A DNA stretch of 64,000 nucleotides. Source: Cirrosporium novae-zelandiae. Taxonomy: Eukaryota. The translations under genes were made by a program, and so were the position numbers. The stretch spans positions 620,001-684,000 of the forward strand of contig JAPETS010000012.1 of assembly GCA_026023565.1 (NCBI GenBank), in the 5' to 3' direction. The first letter of the stretch is position 1; each line of letters opens with the position of its first letter. Shown here piece by piece: positions 12,985 through 24,132 of the stretch. The notes below the pieces were generated by a model. That model saw only the letters and a program-made list of their open reading frames with translations. It was not told the origin of the DNA and made no database searches.

Positions 12985-13902
12985 TCAAGTGTAAAAACTA
13001 GAAGACTGAACCTCCTTCTGCCACACCTCCCACGCAATCTCCAATATCATCGAATTATCATCCATCAACATACTATCCGCAGCTTCCTGAGCCGACAAGT
13101 ACTTTATACCGTTATCCATAAAATTCTCCCCGCTTCCGTAAGCGGCAGCATGGATAGTCAGCGCCGTCGACTGAACTTCGGCGTCTCGTTGGGTGTAGAT
13201 TGCCCGATAGACAGCTTCTTCAAGGCTGGTTCCGAGGGTGGTGAAGCCGTGGCCGCGTTGCAGGACAACCGTGTAGTCTGGTGATGGATCTGTTCCTGGA
13301 TCTGTTCCATTTTTTGAATCAAAATAAGAAGCCAGAATTCTTCCCAGGCGGATGCTGTTGATGAGCATATTGTGTAAGTTACCTGGCAGGTAATAGTCTG
13401 CGATGTCGAAAACGGGGACTTTTGTGCCTGTGCAAAAGTAAAAAAACTCCCTTTAGCTTGTTGAAATACTGTTGGGTGTGCTCCTGGGAGTACTGCTGGG
13501 AGTAACTGCTGGGAGAGATATCTACTCACCAAGAAACCCCGTCATGTGATATGTTGGGCGGAGTGGAACATGGCTATCGGCATAAGGTATCACGGCTTCC
13601 GAGTGGCTATGCACTGCATTGTTGATGTCCGGATACCGTTTAAAAATCTCACCGTGGATATAATGCTCTGAAAACCATGAGCTTGGAGGGGCGTTCGGAT
13701 CAACGAGCGTCGAGTTTTCTACGTAGTATTCCGTGGGCGAGGCACCAACCCTCTTGTATTGGACTAGATAGGTGTTTGGATTCTCGGGATTCCGTACAGA
13801 GACATGGCCAAAGCCATCGTATATCACGTTGTGAAAGCTGAGGATGTTCGCAGCGGTAATCAATGCAAGGTAAACTTGCGATAGAGTTGAATTTGAAGTC
13901 AT
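12985..13902 (-). CDS. Class II aldolase/adducin-domain protein; intron 13428-13529
   Basis: DGFGHVSVRNP, SEHYIHGEIF, HSHS, VLQRGHGF and EEAVYRAIYT. Intron GTGAGT...CACAG joins the two ORFs. Confidence 0.9.
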
Positions 13903-15666
13903 CACGTTTCAGGAGTTATGAGGGTTTAGAAATAATGTTTAGATCAAGGGCATTGAGATTGTTCTTATAAGATTCATAGCCAGGTTACTCAGTATTAGGA
14001 AGCACATCAAGTAGATATACATGTAAGATAGCACAAAGATGGAGAACAAAAATTTAGCTGCAGGATCTAGAGAATATGGCTTTTCAGCTGTTAGCACAAC
14101 ATATTTCACGACCAAGATAGACTTGGCATTATTCGATATATTCTTAATTCATAAATAAAAGAAACATGTCCGCCATAACCCAAAGGCGGCATGCAGACAA
14201 TAAAATGAATCATCATCATAAATAAAAGAAAATCCTTTCCCATTACTCTATGATCTTCCAAGCATGATCTTGACCACTGATTCATTGTTAGGTCAGTAGT
14301 GATATATCACCGACATGATTCTTAATCAGCACAGCCTCAGGCAGAGGATGGTCCAAGTCGGTACCTGAGGATAACAGTAAAAGTGCAGAAATCACACAGC
14401 TCGCTTTACCTACACTTGAAAGCAGTCACGGGATCAGATGCTGGATACCAAGTAACTAAAAAAATATCTGAAAAGCAATGCTATACTTCAGGCGTTTATG
14501 TTCAGAAAGGCTCCTAGGAAATATAATACAACTTTACCCTTGAATTGCGCGTTCCATCGTGTTACATATATGGCTGAGACGATCAATTCGTCGGTGATTG
14601 CGTACATGGCTAGCAGCCATTCTGCCCTTGAATGATATTAATCAAACAAGGTTTGCGGGATGCAGCTGGGCTTTCCTCGGGGATGGGTCCACTGGCAAGC
14701 ATCCAAGGATTGCGTAAATTGAGATGTGCTGGCATCCAGAATAGCGTAAGGGCCATACCTCGTCACAAAAAGCAACTTTGCGGATCACTGGGGAATCCAC
14801 CACAATCAAAATATACATGTCTTCGAAATAGATTACCACAATTAATCAAATTAAACACTGTAATCGGTTGGACCTTGGAAATAGACGCTTAGAAACTCTG
14901 GGCCGATGATCTTCAGTCTTGTTGACCATTCGGATATTGATGGCCTAACTAATATATGAACTAGTTTAGATGAAGTCGTATTCGTGATGGGTGGAATTGA
15001 GATGCAAGAGTTTTGACCAAGCTATCGTTGTCATTTATTGATTCAGGCATGAATGATGAAGAGGGGTGGGCATGCAGGTTGACCAGGGGTTCTACCGAGC
15101 AATTGTAGTGGTACACGCCCACCCATGATGATACGGCACAACAACTTGAGGAATCTGCAGTGGGCGGGTTTCTGTTGTCGAATTGTCCATCTATTATATT
15201 CCAGGCTTCGGGGGTTGACCCGCAGTGTCTGAAGTGATTGTTGTTGTGGTGGAGTACCCGCAGCCACCGATGAAATGCAGAAAGTTAACTCAGACACCAT
15301 TCACCAGAAGCAAACATGACCCACCTGGAAGTTGACACCTTGAAAACAAGGCTATCGATTCAAAATTCATAATTCATCTTTACTTTTTCGGAAACTAGTG
15401 TTGGCACAAAATTATGAAGCAAAAGAAAAGTTCTTTATTTTATCTATCGCACTGACTAATTCGAATTTCGCACCAAGGTCTAGTTGGAAATTTTAATCAC
15501 AGCGCCATCAATCATAAGCTGACTGAAAGGGAGTAAATGAAAAGATATTCTATCATTGACGACCGTTGACCCAGCTTATGCATGTAACACTCCCTGTAAA
15601 AACGAAACATTCCTAAATACCGACACAACACCCCCCAGAATCCGTAACCAGCCCTATGCGAGGCGT

Positions 15667-18084
15667 TTAGTAAGGCCAGCTCCAGTTGCGGAGCTCAACC
15701 GGGTCGATACCGTGCTCATGAGCCCAGTGACGGGCCTTGATTTGAGAGTTGAGGAGCTTCTCGCGAGCACCAGCGGCCTTGATGTGTTGAGTGGGCATCC
15801 GGTCAATGGCATCAATGGCAAGCGAGTATCGATCGGTCTGGTTCTGGATAGCAAGTTCCAGAGGGGTATTGATGTTACCCTTCTCCTTGTATCCACGAAC
15901 GTGGAGGTTCTCCTGTCCAGGTCTCTTGTAGGTAAGACGATGGATCATCCATGGGTATGAGTGGAAGTTGAAGATGATAGGCTTGTTGTGGGTGAAGAGG
16001 GCAGTGTATTCCCGATCGGTCATACCGTGAGGATGGTCAACGTGGGAGATGAGCTTGAAGAGATCGACCACGTTGATGAATCTCACCTTGATTTCAGGAA
16101 GATATTCGCGGAGGAGAGCAGTGGCAGCAAGAGCTTCCATGGTTGGAACATCACCGCAAGAAGCCATGACAACATCAGGCTCCTCGCCGTGGTCGTTGGA
16201 GGCCCAGTCCCAGATACCAACACCCTTGGTGGAGTGCTCGACGGCAGCGTCCATGTCGAGGAATTGGAGATGGTCTTGCTTGTCGGCAACAATGACGTTG
16301 ACGTAGTTGTTGCTTCGGAAGCAATGGTCCATGCAGGAAAGCAGGCAGTTCCCGTCAGGTGGGAGGTAGATACGGACAACTTCGGGGCTCTTGTTGGCAA
16401 CAACATCCAAGAAACCGGGGTCTTGATGGGTGAAACCGTTGTGATCTTGTCTCCAGACAGTGGCTGTCAGGAGGATGTTGAGGGAGGCGATCTTGACACG
16501 CCATTCGACTTCGTTACATTTCTCGATCCACTTGCAATGTTGGTTGACCATAGAGTCAATAATGTGGATGAAGGGTTCGTAGGAGTTGAGCATTCCATGT
16601 CGGCCAGTAAGGAGGTATCCTTCTAACCAACCCTCAATGGTATGTTCAGAGAGGATTTCCATCACACGACCAGCGGGGGCAAGGTTGCCGCCATCTGAAT
16701 CTTCTTCAAAGTTCTCAGCCATCCACACCTTCTTTCCTGCCTTGTAGACTTCACCCATCTTGTTAGATTCAGTCTCGTCAGGGCCGAACAGACGGAAGTT
16801 GGTCTGGTTGGCGGCGACGATTTCACGGAGGAAGATAGCCATGTTGCTCATGCTGGGGGCGTTGGTGACACCGGGGTGGGGGACAGCGATCTTGAAGTTT
16901 CGGAAGTCGGGCATCCGTAGAGGCTTCTTGAGGGCACCACCGTTGGCAACGGGGTTGGCACTCATACGGCGGTTGCCAGTGGGAGGGAGAGCCCTCAATT
17001 CAGGAATGAGCTGTCCATCCTCGGTGAAGACCTTGTCTGGGCCATAGCTTCGCATCCATGCGTCCAGGAGCTTGAGATGTGCGGGGTTTGTGGCAACATC
17101 GGCGCAGGGGATTTGATGTGCACGCCAGTAACCTTCTTGGTTGTGGTTATCGATCTTGCGGGGACCGGTCCAACCCTTGGGGGATCGGAGAATGATCATG
17201 GGCCAGTGAGGGCGGAAGGCCTTGCCAGATTCACGGGCTTGCTTCTGGTATTGTTTGATTTCCTTGACACATCGCTCGACGGTGGCAGCCATGGCTTGAT
17301 GCATGGTTTCTGGGTCGCTACCTTCGACGAAGTATGGTTGCCATCCGTAGCCGTAGAAAAGGGCTTCGATTTCCTTGTGGCTGATACGAGCCAACAGGGT
17401 GGGGTTGTTGATCTTGTAACCGTTCAGATGGAGGACGGGGAGGACAGCACCATCGACGATGGGGTTGAGGAATTTGGTGCTGTGCCATGAGGTGGCGAGA
17501 GGACCGGTTTCGGCCTCACCGTCACCGACCATGGTGACGGCAATGAGATTTGGGTTGTCGAAGACGGAGCCGAAGGCGTGGGAGATGGAGTAACCAAGTT
17601 CACCACCTTCGTGGATGGAACCTGGGGTTTCGGGGGTGGCATGAGAACCGATACCGCCGGGGAAGGAGAATTGCTTGAAGAATTTCCTCATGCCCTCAAC
17701 ATCCTCGGAGATATCTGGGTAGACCTCAGAGTAGGTACCCTCGAGGTACGCCTGAGAAAGGACGGCTGGAGCACCGTGTCCGGGTCCAGAGACGAAGTAG
17801 GCATCGAGGTCGTACTTCTTGATCATCCGGTTGAAATGAATGTAGGTGAAGATCTGACCAGCGTCGGATCCCCAATGACCCAAAAGACGAGACTTGAGGT
17901 CTTCAACCTTGAGGGGTTCCTTGAGCAATGGGTTCTGCTTCAGGTAAAGCATACCCATGCAAAGGTACAGACTGGCCCGGAAGTACTGGTCAGTCAACCG
18001 AAGCTCCTCATCGGAGAGAGGGTGCTCTGGCTTGACGGTAGAGCGCGCTGGCCCGAATGGGGAGATGCTTTCGACCTCTGCCAT
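15667..18084 (-). CDS. xpkA: Xylulose-5-phosphate/fructose-6-phosphate phosphoketolase
   Basis: 805-aa intronless ORF with LLGHWG, GPGHG, HEGGELGYS, the TPP-binding GDGEAETGP motif, LHLNGYKI, ILSEH and WRQDHNGFTHQDPG. Confidence 0.97.
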   Translation of the reverse strand: MAEVESISPFGPARSTVKPEHPLSDEELRLTDQYFRASLYLCMGMLYLKQNPLLKEPLKVEDLKSRLLGHWGSDAGQIFTYIHFNRMIKKYDLDAYFVSGPGHGAPAVLSQAYLEGTYSEVYPDISEDVEGMRKFFKQFSFPGGIGSHATPETPGSIHEGGELGYSISHAFGSVFDNPNLIAVTMVGDGEAETGPLATSWHSTKFLNPIVDGAVLPVLHLNGYKINNPTLLARISHKEIEALFYGYGWQPYFVEGSDPETMHQAMAATVERCVKEIKQYQKQARESGKAFRPHWPMIILRSPKGWTGPRKIDNHNQEGYWRAHQIPCADVATNPAHLKLLDAWMRSYGPDKVFTEDGQLIPELRALPPTGNRRMSANPVANGGALKKPLRMPDFRNFKIAVPHPGVTNAPSMSNMAIFLREIVAANQTNFRLFGPDETESNKMGEVYKAGKKVWMAENFEEDSDGGNLAPAGRVMEILSEHTIEGWLEGYLLTGRHGMLNSYEPFIHIIDSMVNQHCKWIEKCNEVEWRVKIASLNILLTATVWRQDHNGFTHQDPGFLDVVANKSPEVVRIYLPPDGNCLLSCMDHCFRSNNYVNVIVADKQDHLQFLDMDAAVEHSTKGVGIWDWASNDHGEEPDVVMASCGDVPTMEALAATALLREYLPEIKVRFINVVDLFKLISHVDHPHGMTDREYTALFTHNKPIIFNFHSYPWMIHRLTYKRPGQENLHVRGYKEKGNINTPLELAIQNQTDRYSLAIDAIDRMPTQHIKAAGAREKLLNSQIKARHWAHEHGIDPVELRNWSWPY

Positions 18085-18094
18085 GATTGTTGAT

Positions 18095-18205
18095 CTATAT
18101 TTTCAGTATTGTCAGTACGATCGATATGAGAAGTGAGGGGTAACTAGAAGGGAGGGGGTTTCGAGGAGAGGGGGGGTTGGAGGGGTACCAAGAGGGATGG
18201 CTTAC
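18095..18205 (-). other. 5'-UTR intron of the phosphoketolase gene
   Basis: On the minus strand GTAAGC...TACTGAC...ATATAG, ending 10 nt before the ATG. Confidence 0.7.
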
Positions 18206-21200
18206 AAGACAGCTGTTCTGCTGTTCTGTGTTGATCTTTGTCTGTTGATCGGATTGTGAGTTGATGGAGAGCTGATTATGCTGGGCAGAAGCGTCTCTTT
18301 TTCAACTCGATGGAAATGAGAAATTTTCCTCACCTGGACCCATTGTTACCTAGGTATTCCAACCTATGGAAGGTGAGGCCGCTCAGTTCTGCTACAGAAG
18401 GTGGGATGATAATGACAGAGCCAGATCTTCGATCATCAGATAGAGATGTCTGATGTGTCTGTTCCGATACTCAACCGACAGATCCTATCATCCTACAACG
18501 GAAAAGGCCTTCCTCCGGCAACCAAACTGTGTCTTGTCCACCGCCAATACTCGCCAATGTTCACCAATAAGAGAATTCCTAGGCATGAGCAAGGCTCTGC
18601 TTTGACCCCTCTATAGTATAACATGGATGCGAATGATAGGCGACAGGCATGGGTGGGGGATAGCTTCCAAACAGTAATTTTCACCAATTGCTTCGAGGAC
18701 TATCATCACGCCGAGTCAGTCGAAGGAGGCCAGTGGACAGAACGAGACAGGATGGATGGGCAGGAGGGGCAGGAGGGCAAGACGAAGCAGGGCGATGCAA
18801 GACGGATGCAAAGACGAGACAGAACGATGGCAAGTTAATTTTGGGTAAGTTCAGGGTAAGCAGTACCACAGTAGCGAACCTAGTCGGACCTACGAACTGT
18901 ACTTGTCACTACTGTGGCAGCACTTGTGGCAGACTGGCAGTTCACTTTGGCCCAAAGGCACCACCCCATCGGATCCTACCCCCCCCAAGATAATTACAGG
19001 CAGGAATTGCATTAAGCCCAGTCAGCCGCTGCCCGCCGTCCAGCATACCGCTTATTACCGATAATTACATCCTGGATGCCCCATTTCCCATAGATTCGGA
19101 TTTTCCGACCGGTAATTACCACGTAATCAAACTTTACTTTTTTGCTTTACTAAGCGGCAAACTCTAATCCTCAAAGATTCCGAGTGTCCGGCTAAGGAAA
19201 TCTCAGATTGACAGAATGACAGATGGGTGTCATGTATCGAATAGGTATTCTTTTGAGATAACGTATACTTTTAGGTTGTGGAACATGAATCGACAAAGAA
19301 TTTCGAGATGAAAGAGAAAAGAAAAAAAAACAGGAAAAAAACAAGAAAAACAAAGACGATAAAAAAATATCATCATGTTAGATGACACCTTACACCTTAC
19401 CTCGATTGGCAGTAAAAATAAAATTTTCTCATTCAGAGTAGTACTTCTAGTATCTGGCGTGCCTGGTTATGGCTGTCCGGGACTATTCCACCGTTCATCC
19501 AGCGGAGATTTATGGCCAGTTGGCAGTTTGAGAAGACAGTTGGGCCGTGGCTGGAGAGAAACTATGCTCTGACCTTTGGTCACCTTAGGTATGTTCTGGA
19601 TGTATGGATGGAGGTATGGATGTGTATTTGGGTATTTGGGTATTTGGCTGCATTAAACTATGCCACTATGCCCAGACTGTGTGTGAAAGAGTGCCTGGTT
19701 AATAATAAAGCTTTTACTGTACGTGTACCTTGTCAGCAAGCAATCCATGACAGTAATTTGGGCATATCCTGTCAGCGGAAACATCCCCGGTCCTCTCCGG
19801 CCAATAAGGTTGACTTAGCTGACTTACCTCAGAGTCCCATGCGCTCTGTGCTCGAATTAGCTAAGCACGTCCCGTAAACTCAAGGTTGCACACTTTCCTC
19901 GACTTGAAATCACCCGGAAAATAACAAATCTCCACCACCCCTCCACCTCCCTCCGCCATGAGTCCATCACACCTACGAGTCTACAAGGAGAGACGACTAC
20001 CAAGGCTTGACCGATTTCATCCATCCATATGATCCTGGTAGGATTAAGACCTGTGGGCCTCCCTGTGGATCATTGAGATATTCTGGAATGAGGTCGCTGC
20101 AACTTGATGGAGCCACAACATTTTATCAACTTGACCATATTATGGGTCATGGACTCATGGGCTCATCAAGACTCGGTGACCTAGTTAATCAACCAGCACT
20201 GACCATGCTGCTTCTCATACATTCGTAATAGTGATTAAGCGATACGAAACACACTAAAGAAGTGAATAACGATGAATCCGATATGCATGTAATATTAATA
20301 TAATATTGATATCGTAAAGCGCATCAAAAAAAGGACTCTATATTTGGGATGTGATTTGGTGTAACCAAACGGTGGTTGATTCAAGTATCATCGTCAGCGG
20401 CAATTTGTCGAAAAAGCAACGAAAGCATTGTAACACTTGCACCCGGTGGCTCAGTTTGATATTGAGATCTGTCCCCTGTACTCGGGCGGTTCCTGGATAC
20501 TTGACGGAATAAGCGCTACTGGTAATGCGGAGAAGGCTGACGGGAGGCTCCCGCAAGACAGTAGGCTTTTATTTTGTAGATTTCCTTATGAGATGGTGTG
20601 GACTGGCCTTGTAGATCTTTGATGTTTCGGTCGAGAGATACTCCACTGCTTGTCGTACTTCGATAAGCTTTCGAGAACAAAGTATTTTTTCGTTGAGCTC
20701 ACGTGATTATGGTCTGATCAACTCGTCAAATTCCAAATTCGTGAAACCATGGAACCCTCAACTCAGCCCTGACTTGAGCCTCTTCGGGTCTGGCCACCCT
20801 TGAAAACCTTTTTTTTTATCTTTTTGCAGTCCTGGCCTACGCCGTTCACCGTCCCCCTTGAACCTTTCGTTGTCGCCTTCACCTTGGTTGCCCAGTATCA
20901 GAATCACAGCTATTGACCTGACCCTCTGTTCCTCACTATCTTCTCATCTTAGAGTATTGTTCTTGTCTGTTTGATTTGCTACAACTCATTATGTGATCTG
21001 TCCGTGGTTGGTTCTCTTCAATGGAAATTTTGTCCTAGGTCATTTTGGCATTGTGTAATCTCTACGAGTACGAGGGGATAGTGAAGCTCTGTAGAGATTA
21101 TTCTTTAACACCCTAGTTTACAGCTTCAGAATGCTAATCTTGGAAATCAGAGAACGAATCAATCATCACTCCCCTTTATTCGAGAGGAAACCTTCGCTAT

Positions 21201-22009
21201 ATCCTACTAGATAGGTTCCCAGAGATACATTTTTGAGGCGTGGAGAGCTCAAGACCACAGGACGAATTCGATCGACTTGAGACCATTTTTCATTATTCCT
21301 TTACTGCCTTGAACAACATGCAATATTTGACCGTATCTTCGTACGAGAAAATAAAGTCACACCCTCTTTTCCTATCCGCATAATGACCCCGAAAGATTGA
21401 TTATGAATGGACTCTTTCACCTGTTTGTTTAACTGGTATAGCTACTGAGGTTCTATGAATTTGGCTACGATTACTACTACTTCATACTTTCTACTGAAAT
21501 AAACCCCTTGGCTCTGTTGTCATGCAAATTCTTTTGGCCCTCTAGCCTCAAGGCTGAGCTATTTTATCATTTTGGTTCAGGTTTTCTACCCTTACAATAA
21601 AGTATTGAAGTATTGAAGGGTCTGCATATACTTGATTACTATTGTTGACGTTTGCTTTCATAGTATAAAGTGTATCTGATTTATTGTGGAAACATTAACC
21701 TGTGACGACCAGGTAAGGAGCTTCTTATCATGCCCTTGGTCACTGTTTACAGTTACTACTAATCTTTCAAACCTAGCTTTTGAAAAAAATCAAAACATTA
21801 GATGAACAATTGTTGATACCCTGCATGTATTTCCTCATGTTGATCCAATTGGAGCGATTTCATACCCAATCAAATCTAACCAGAAAACACAGGGAACAAT
21901 GCAACTTATGTTGCACCGACAAGGCCCTAGATGCAACACTTCTGCGGGTCCTGGCCGATAGCTAGCTCCCATTCTCCTATTCATTCTATTGGGTTACCCA
22001 TAATACATC

Positions 22010-23945
22010 AGATCAGATCCGAAGCCACACTTGTGGCTTCCTGAAGTCCGGATCCTGCCTGTACCTTATTAATGTTAGCAGAATCTGTGGTCTGATCTTC
22101 CCGACCGCGATCCCTCTTAACCTCATTGAGGCACGCTTTCCCCACGTTACACGATCATGACTTGCGCTCGGTCCCAAAGGACTTATGCACCTGTGCGCAG
22201 GAACCACCTTTGTTGATCTTTGGATGACATGCATGATGGCGAGCAGATGCCGCTTAACCCTAATTCAACCTCGCAGTTTGAGATTTTTGTGGATAGTTTG
22301 AAGTTTCTACCTAGGTGAGACCCATGTTTCAATACCAGAGAATCCTTTCGGAGAATATTACCTCCCCGAAAATTAGGTCCTGGTATTTTCCCGCTTTCAC
22401 CGTGGGGGCAGGAAAATATATTTCCGAGCCCTTGCTCGGGAAATGGATAATGCTAAGATAGCTTATTATATTAATGGACGTTTGCAGTTCTGCCTCTTCG
22501 TATTGTCTGTCAGCATGTTTTCGTTGGTTCGGTCGTGTTTCCCTCCACAGCCGATCCAGCCCAGACTCATATCCCAAAATCATTAGCCCAGACCACCCTT
22601 CATGTCCTTGTGCTCTCTAACGAGTCGAGTTTGAATTGTGATGACGGCTACTTCCCAAACTTTAATTTCCTTCGGCTTTACCCCGTAACAAATTTCTCTC
22701 GCTGCCCTCTTGACCTGGATGCCGAGAGGGTGTGGATGGTGCCTGGCTCTCGGTACCATGGTCATTTCGGCCTCAACCGAGTTTGGAGGGTTACTCCTTT
22801 GTAGTTCACTCTTGCCGGAAACTCCCCGGTAGTAAATTCAATCCTTCCCAACAGCATCACCTTCCTAGAGCTACCAGGACCAGACACGCCTATCCCATCT
22901 CATCCTATTTTTATTACTATCACTCCTATTTTTTTTAAAAAAAATACCAAAACCCCTTCCAACAAAGTAATCATCCATACCTAGATACCTACCTAGTCAT
23001 CGTTTAAAATTCAATGAAACATAAACCAACCGGTATCAAGCATTAAAAAAAATCCCCACATCTTTATGCATCTATACAGTAATTAATAAACCTCTCTCTA
23101 ACCAAGAACCAAAAAAATAAAAAAATAAAAACTCAGTATCCTACCAGACCAACCTTGCCCTTCCCCTTTCCCTCACCACCACCACCACCAAAACCCCTTC
23201 CTATATACCTACCCATCTTACTCCCTAAGAAACCTCTCTCTCTCTCTTTCTCTCTCTCTCCTAAACAGTCATAAAAATCCATAACAAATCATAAAAAAAA
23301 AAAAAAATTTCTTCTTCCTCCCCTACTATATAATCCTTTATAAGAAATAGAAATTAAGAAATATAAAAATGAGGATTAAGAAAGGGAAGGAGTAGGTTAA
23401 GAGAATAGATGATTAAAGAAAAGAGAAAAAATAAAAAAGGATTTCCGAATTAAATCGGGATCCTCTTGTTTTTTTTTTTGCTAATTATAATTACCTATAA
23501 AAATCCATATCTATAACTATAACGATAACTAACTTTATTATTTATTATCATTTATATTCATACTTACTTACCCCCTTCCCTTCATATCCCTTCCCTTTCT
23601 TCCCTCACCCCCCCCTCCTTTCCCCCATAGGTATATTACTCATCAACCCCTCATTCCCCATTCCTCATTCCCCATTCCACCACCACAATACCATTAAATA
23701 TTACATTATTTCCATCTTTATTCTAGCTTATACCTAACCCTCCCCAGCCTAAGCCCAGCCTAACTAAGAAGTTTATCGATAAAAAAGGGGTAAAAAAATA
23801 AATAAATGTTTTCGTTCGTGTCAGGGGACCTAGGGTCATGGAATGATTGACTAGGTCTGACTAGGGTGTGGAGGCCTTTACCTTATAGAGGTGAGTTTAG
23901 GGGTATATCTATGTCCTAATGGTCTAACTTAATAGGGGAACTGGA
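22010..23945 (+). ncRNA. TER1: Candidate telomerase RNA (template/pseudoknot core; 5' and 3' ends not defined)
   Basis: Template TAACCCTAA at 22255-22263. Hairpin TGGC/GCCG at 22237-22252 just 5' of it. Core-enclosing helix 22225-22236 with 23812-23823. Pseudoknot stems 22632-22651 with 22801-22840 and 22791-22800 with 23784-23793. Many G-U-containing hairpins on the + strand and no credible ORF. Confidence 0.7.
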
Positions 23946-24093
23946 ACAGTTCGTTCGTTCGTTCGTTCGTTTTTTTTTTTTTTTTTTTTTGTGAATTACT
24001 GTAAACTATATAAAAGCTAGAAGAAGAAAAAGAAGGTAACTTGGAAGAGGGGTAGGTAAGGGTAAAGGGGTAAGGAAGAAATAAAATGTACAG

Positions 24094-24095
<2 letters not shown>

Positions 24096-24127
<32 letters not shown>
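24096..24127. repeat. (GT)n microsatellite
   Basis: Perfect dinucleotide run. Confidence 0.95.

Positions 24128-24132
<5 letters not shown>

Noticed and set aside
15556..18093. Long + strand ORFs antisense to phosphoketolase
   Set aside because: Shadow frames from strong codon bias in the real gene; no independent motifs.
20300..20900. Possible decayed minus-strand coding sequence
   Set aside because: Multiple stops and no recognisable motif; cannot be supported without a search.
22816..22829. GGAAACTCCCCGG resembling the RNase MRP/P CR-I motif
   Set aside because: No matching CR-V partner downstream; better explained as a hairpin within the TER-like stem.
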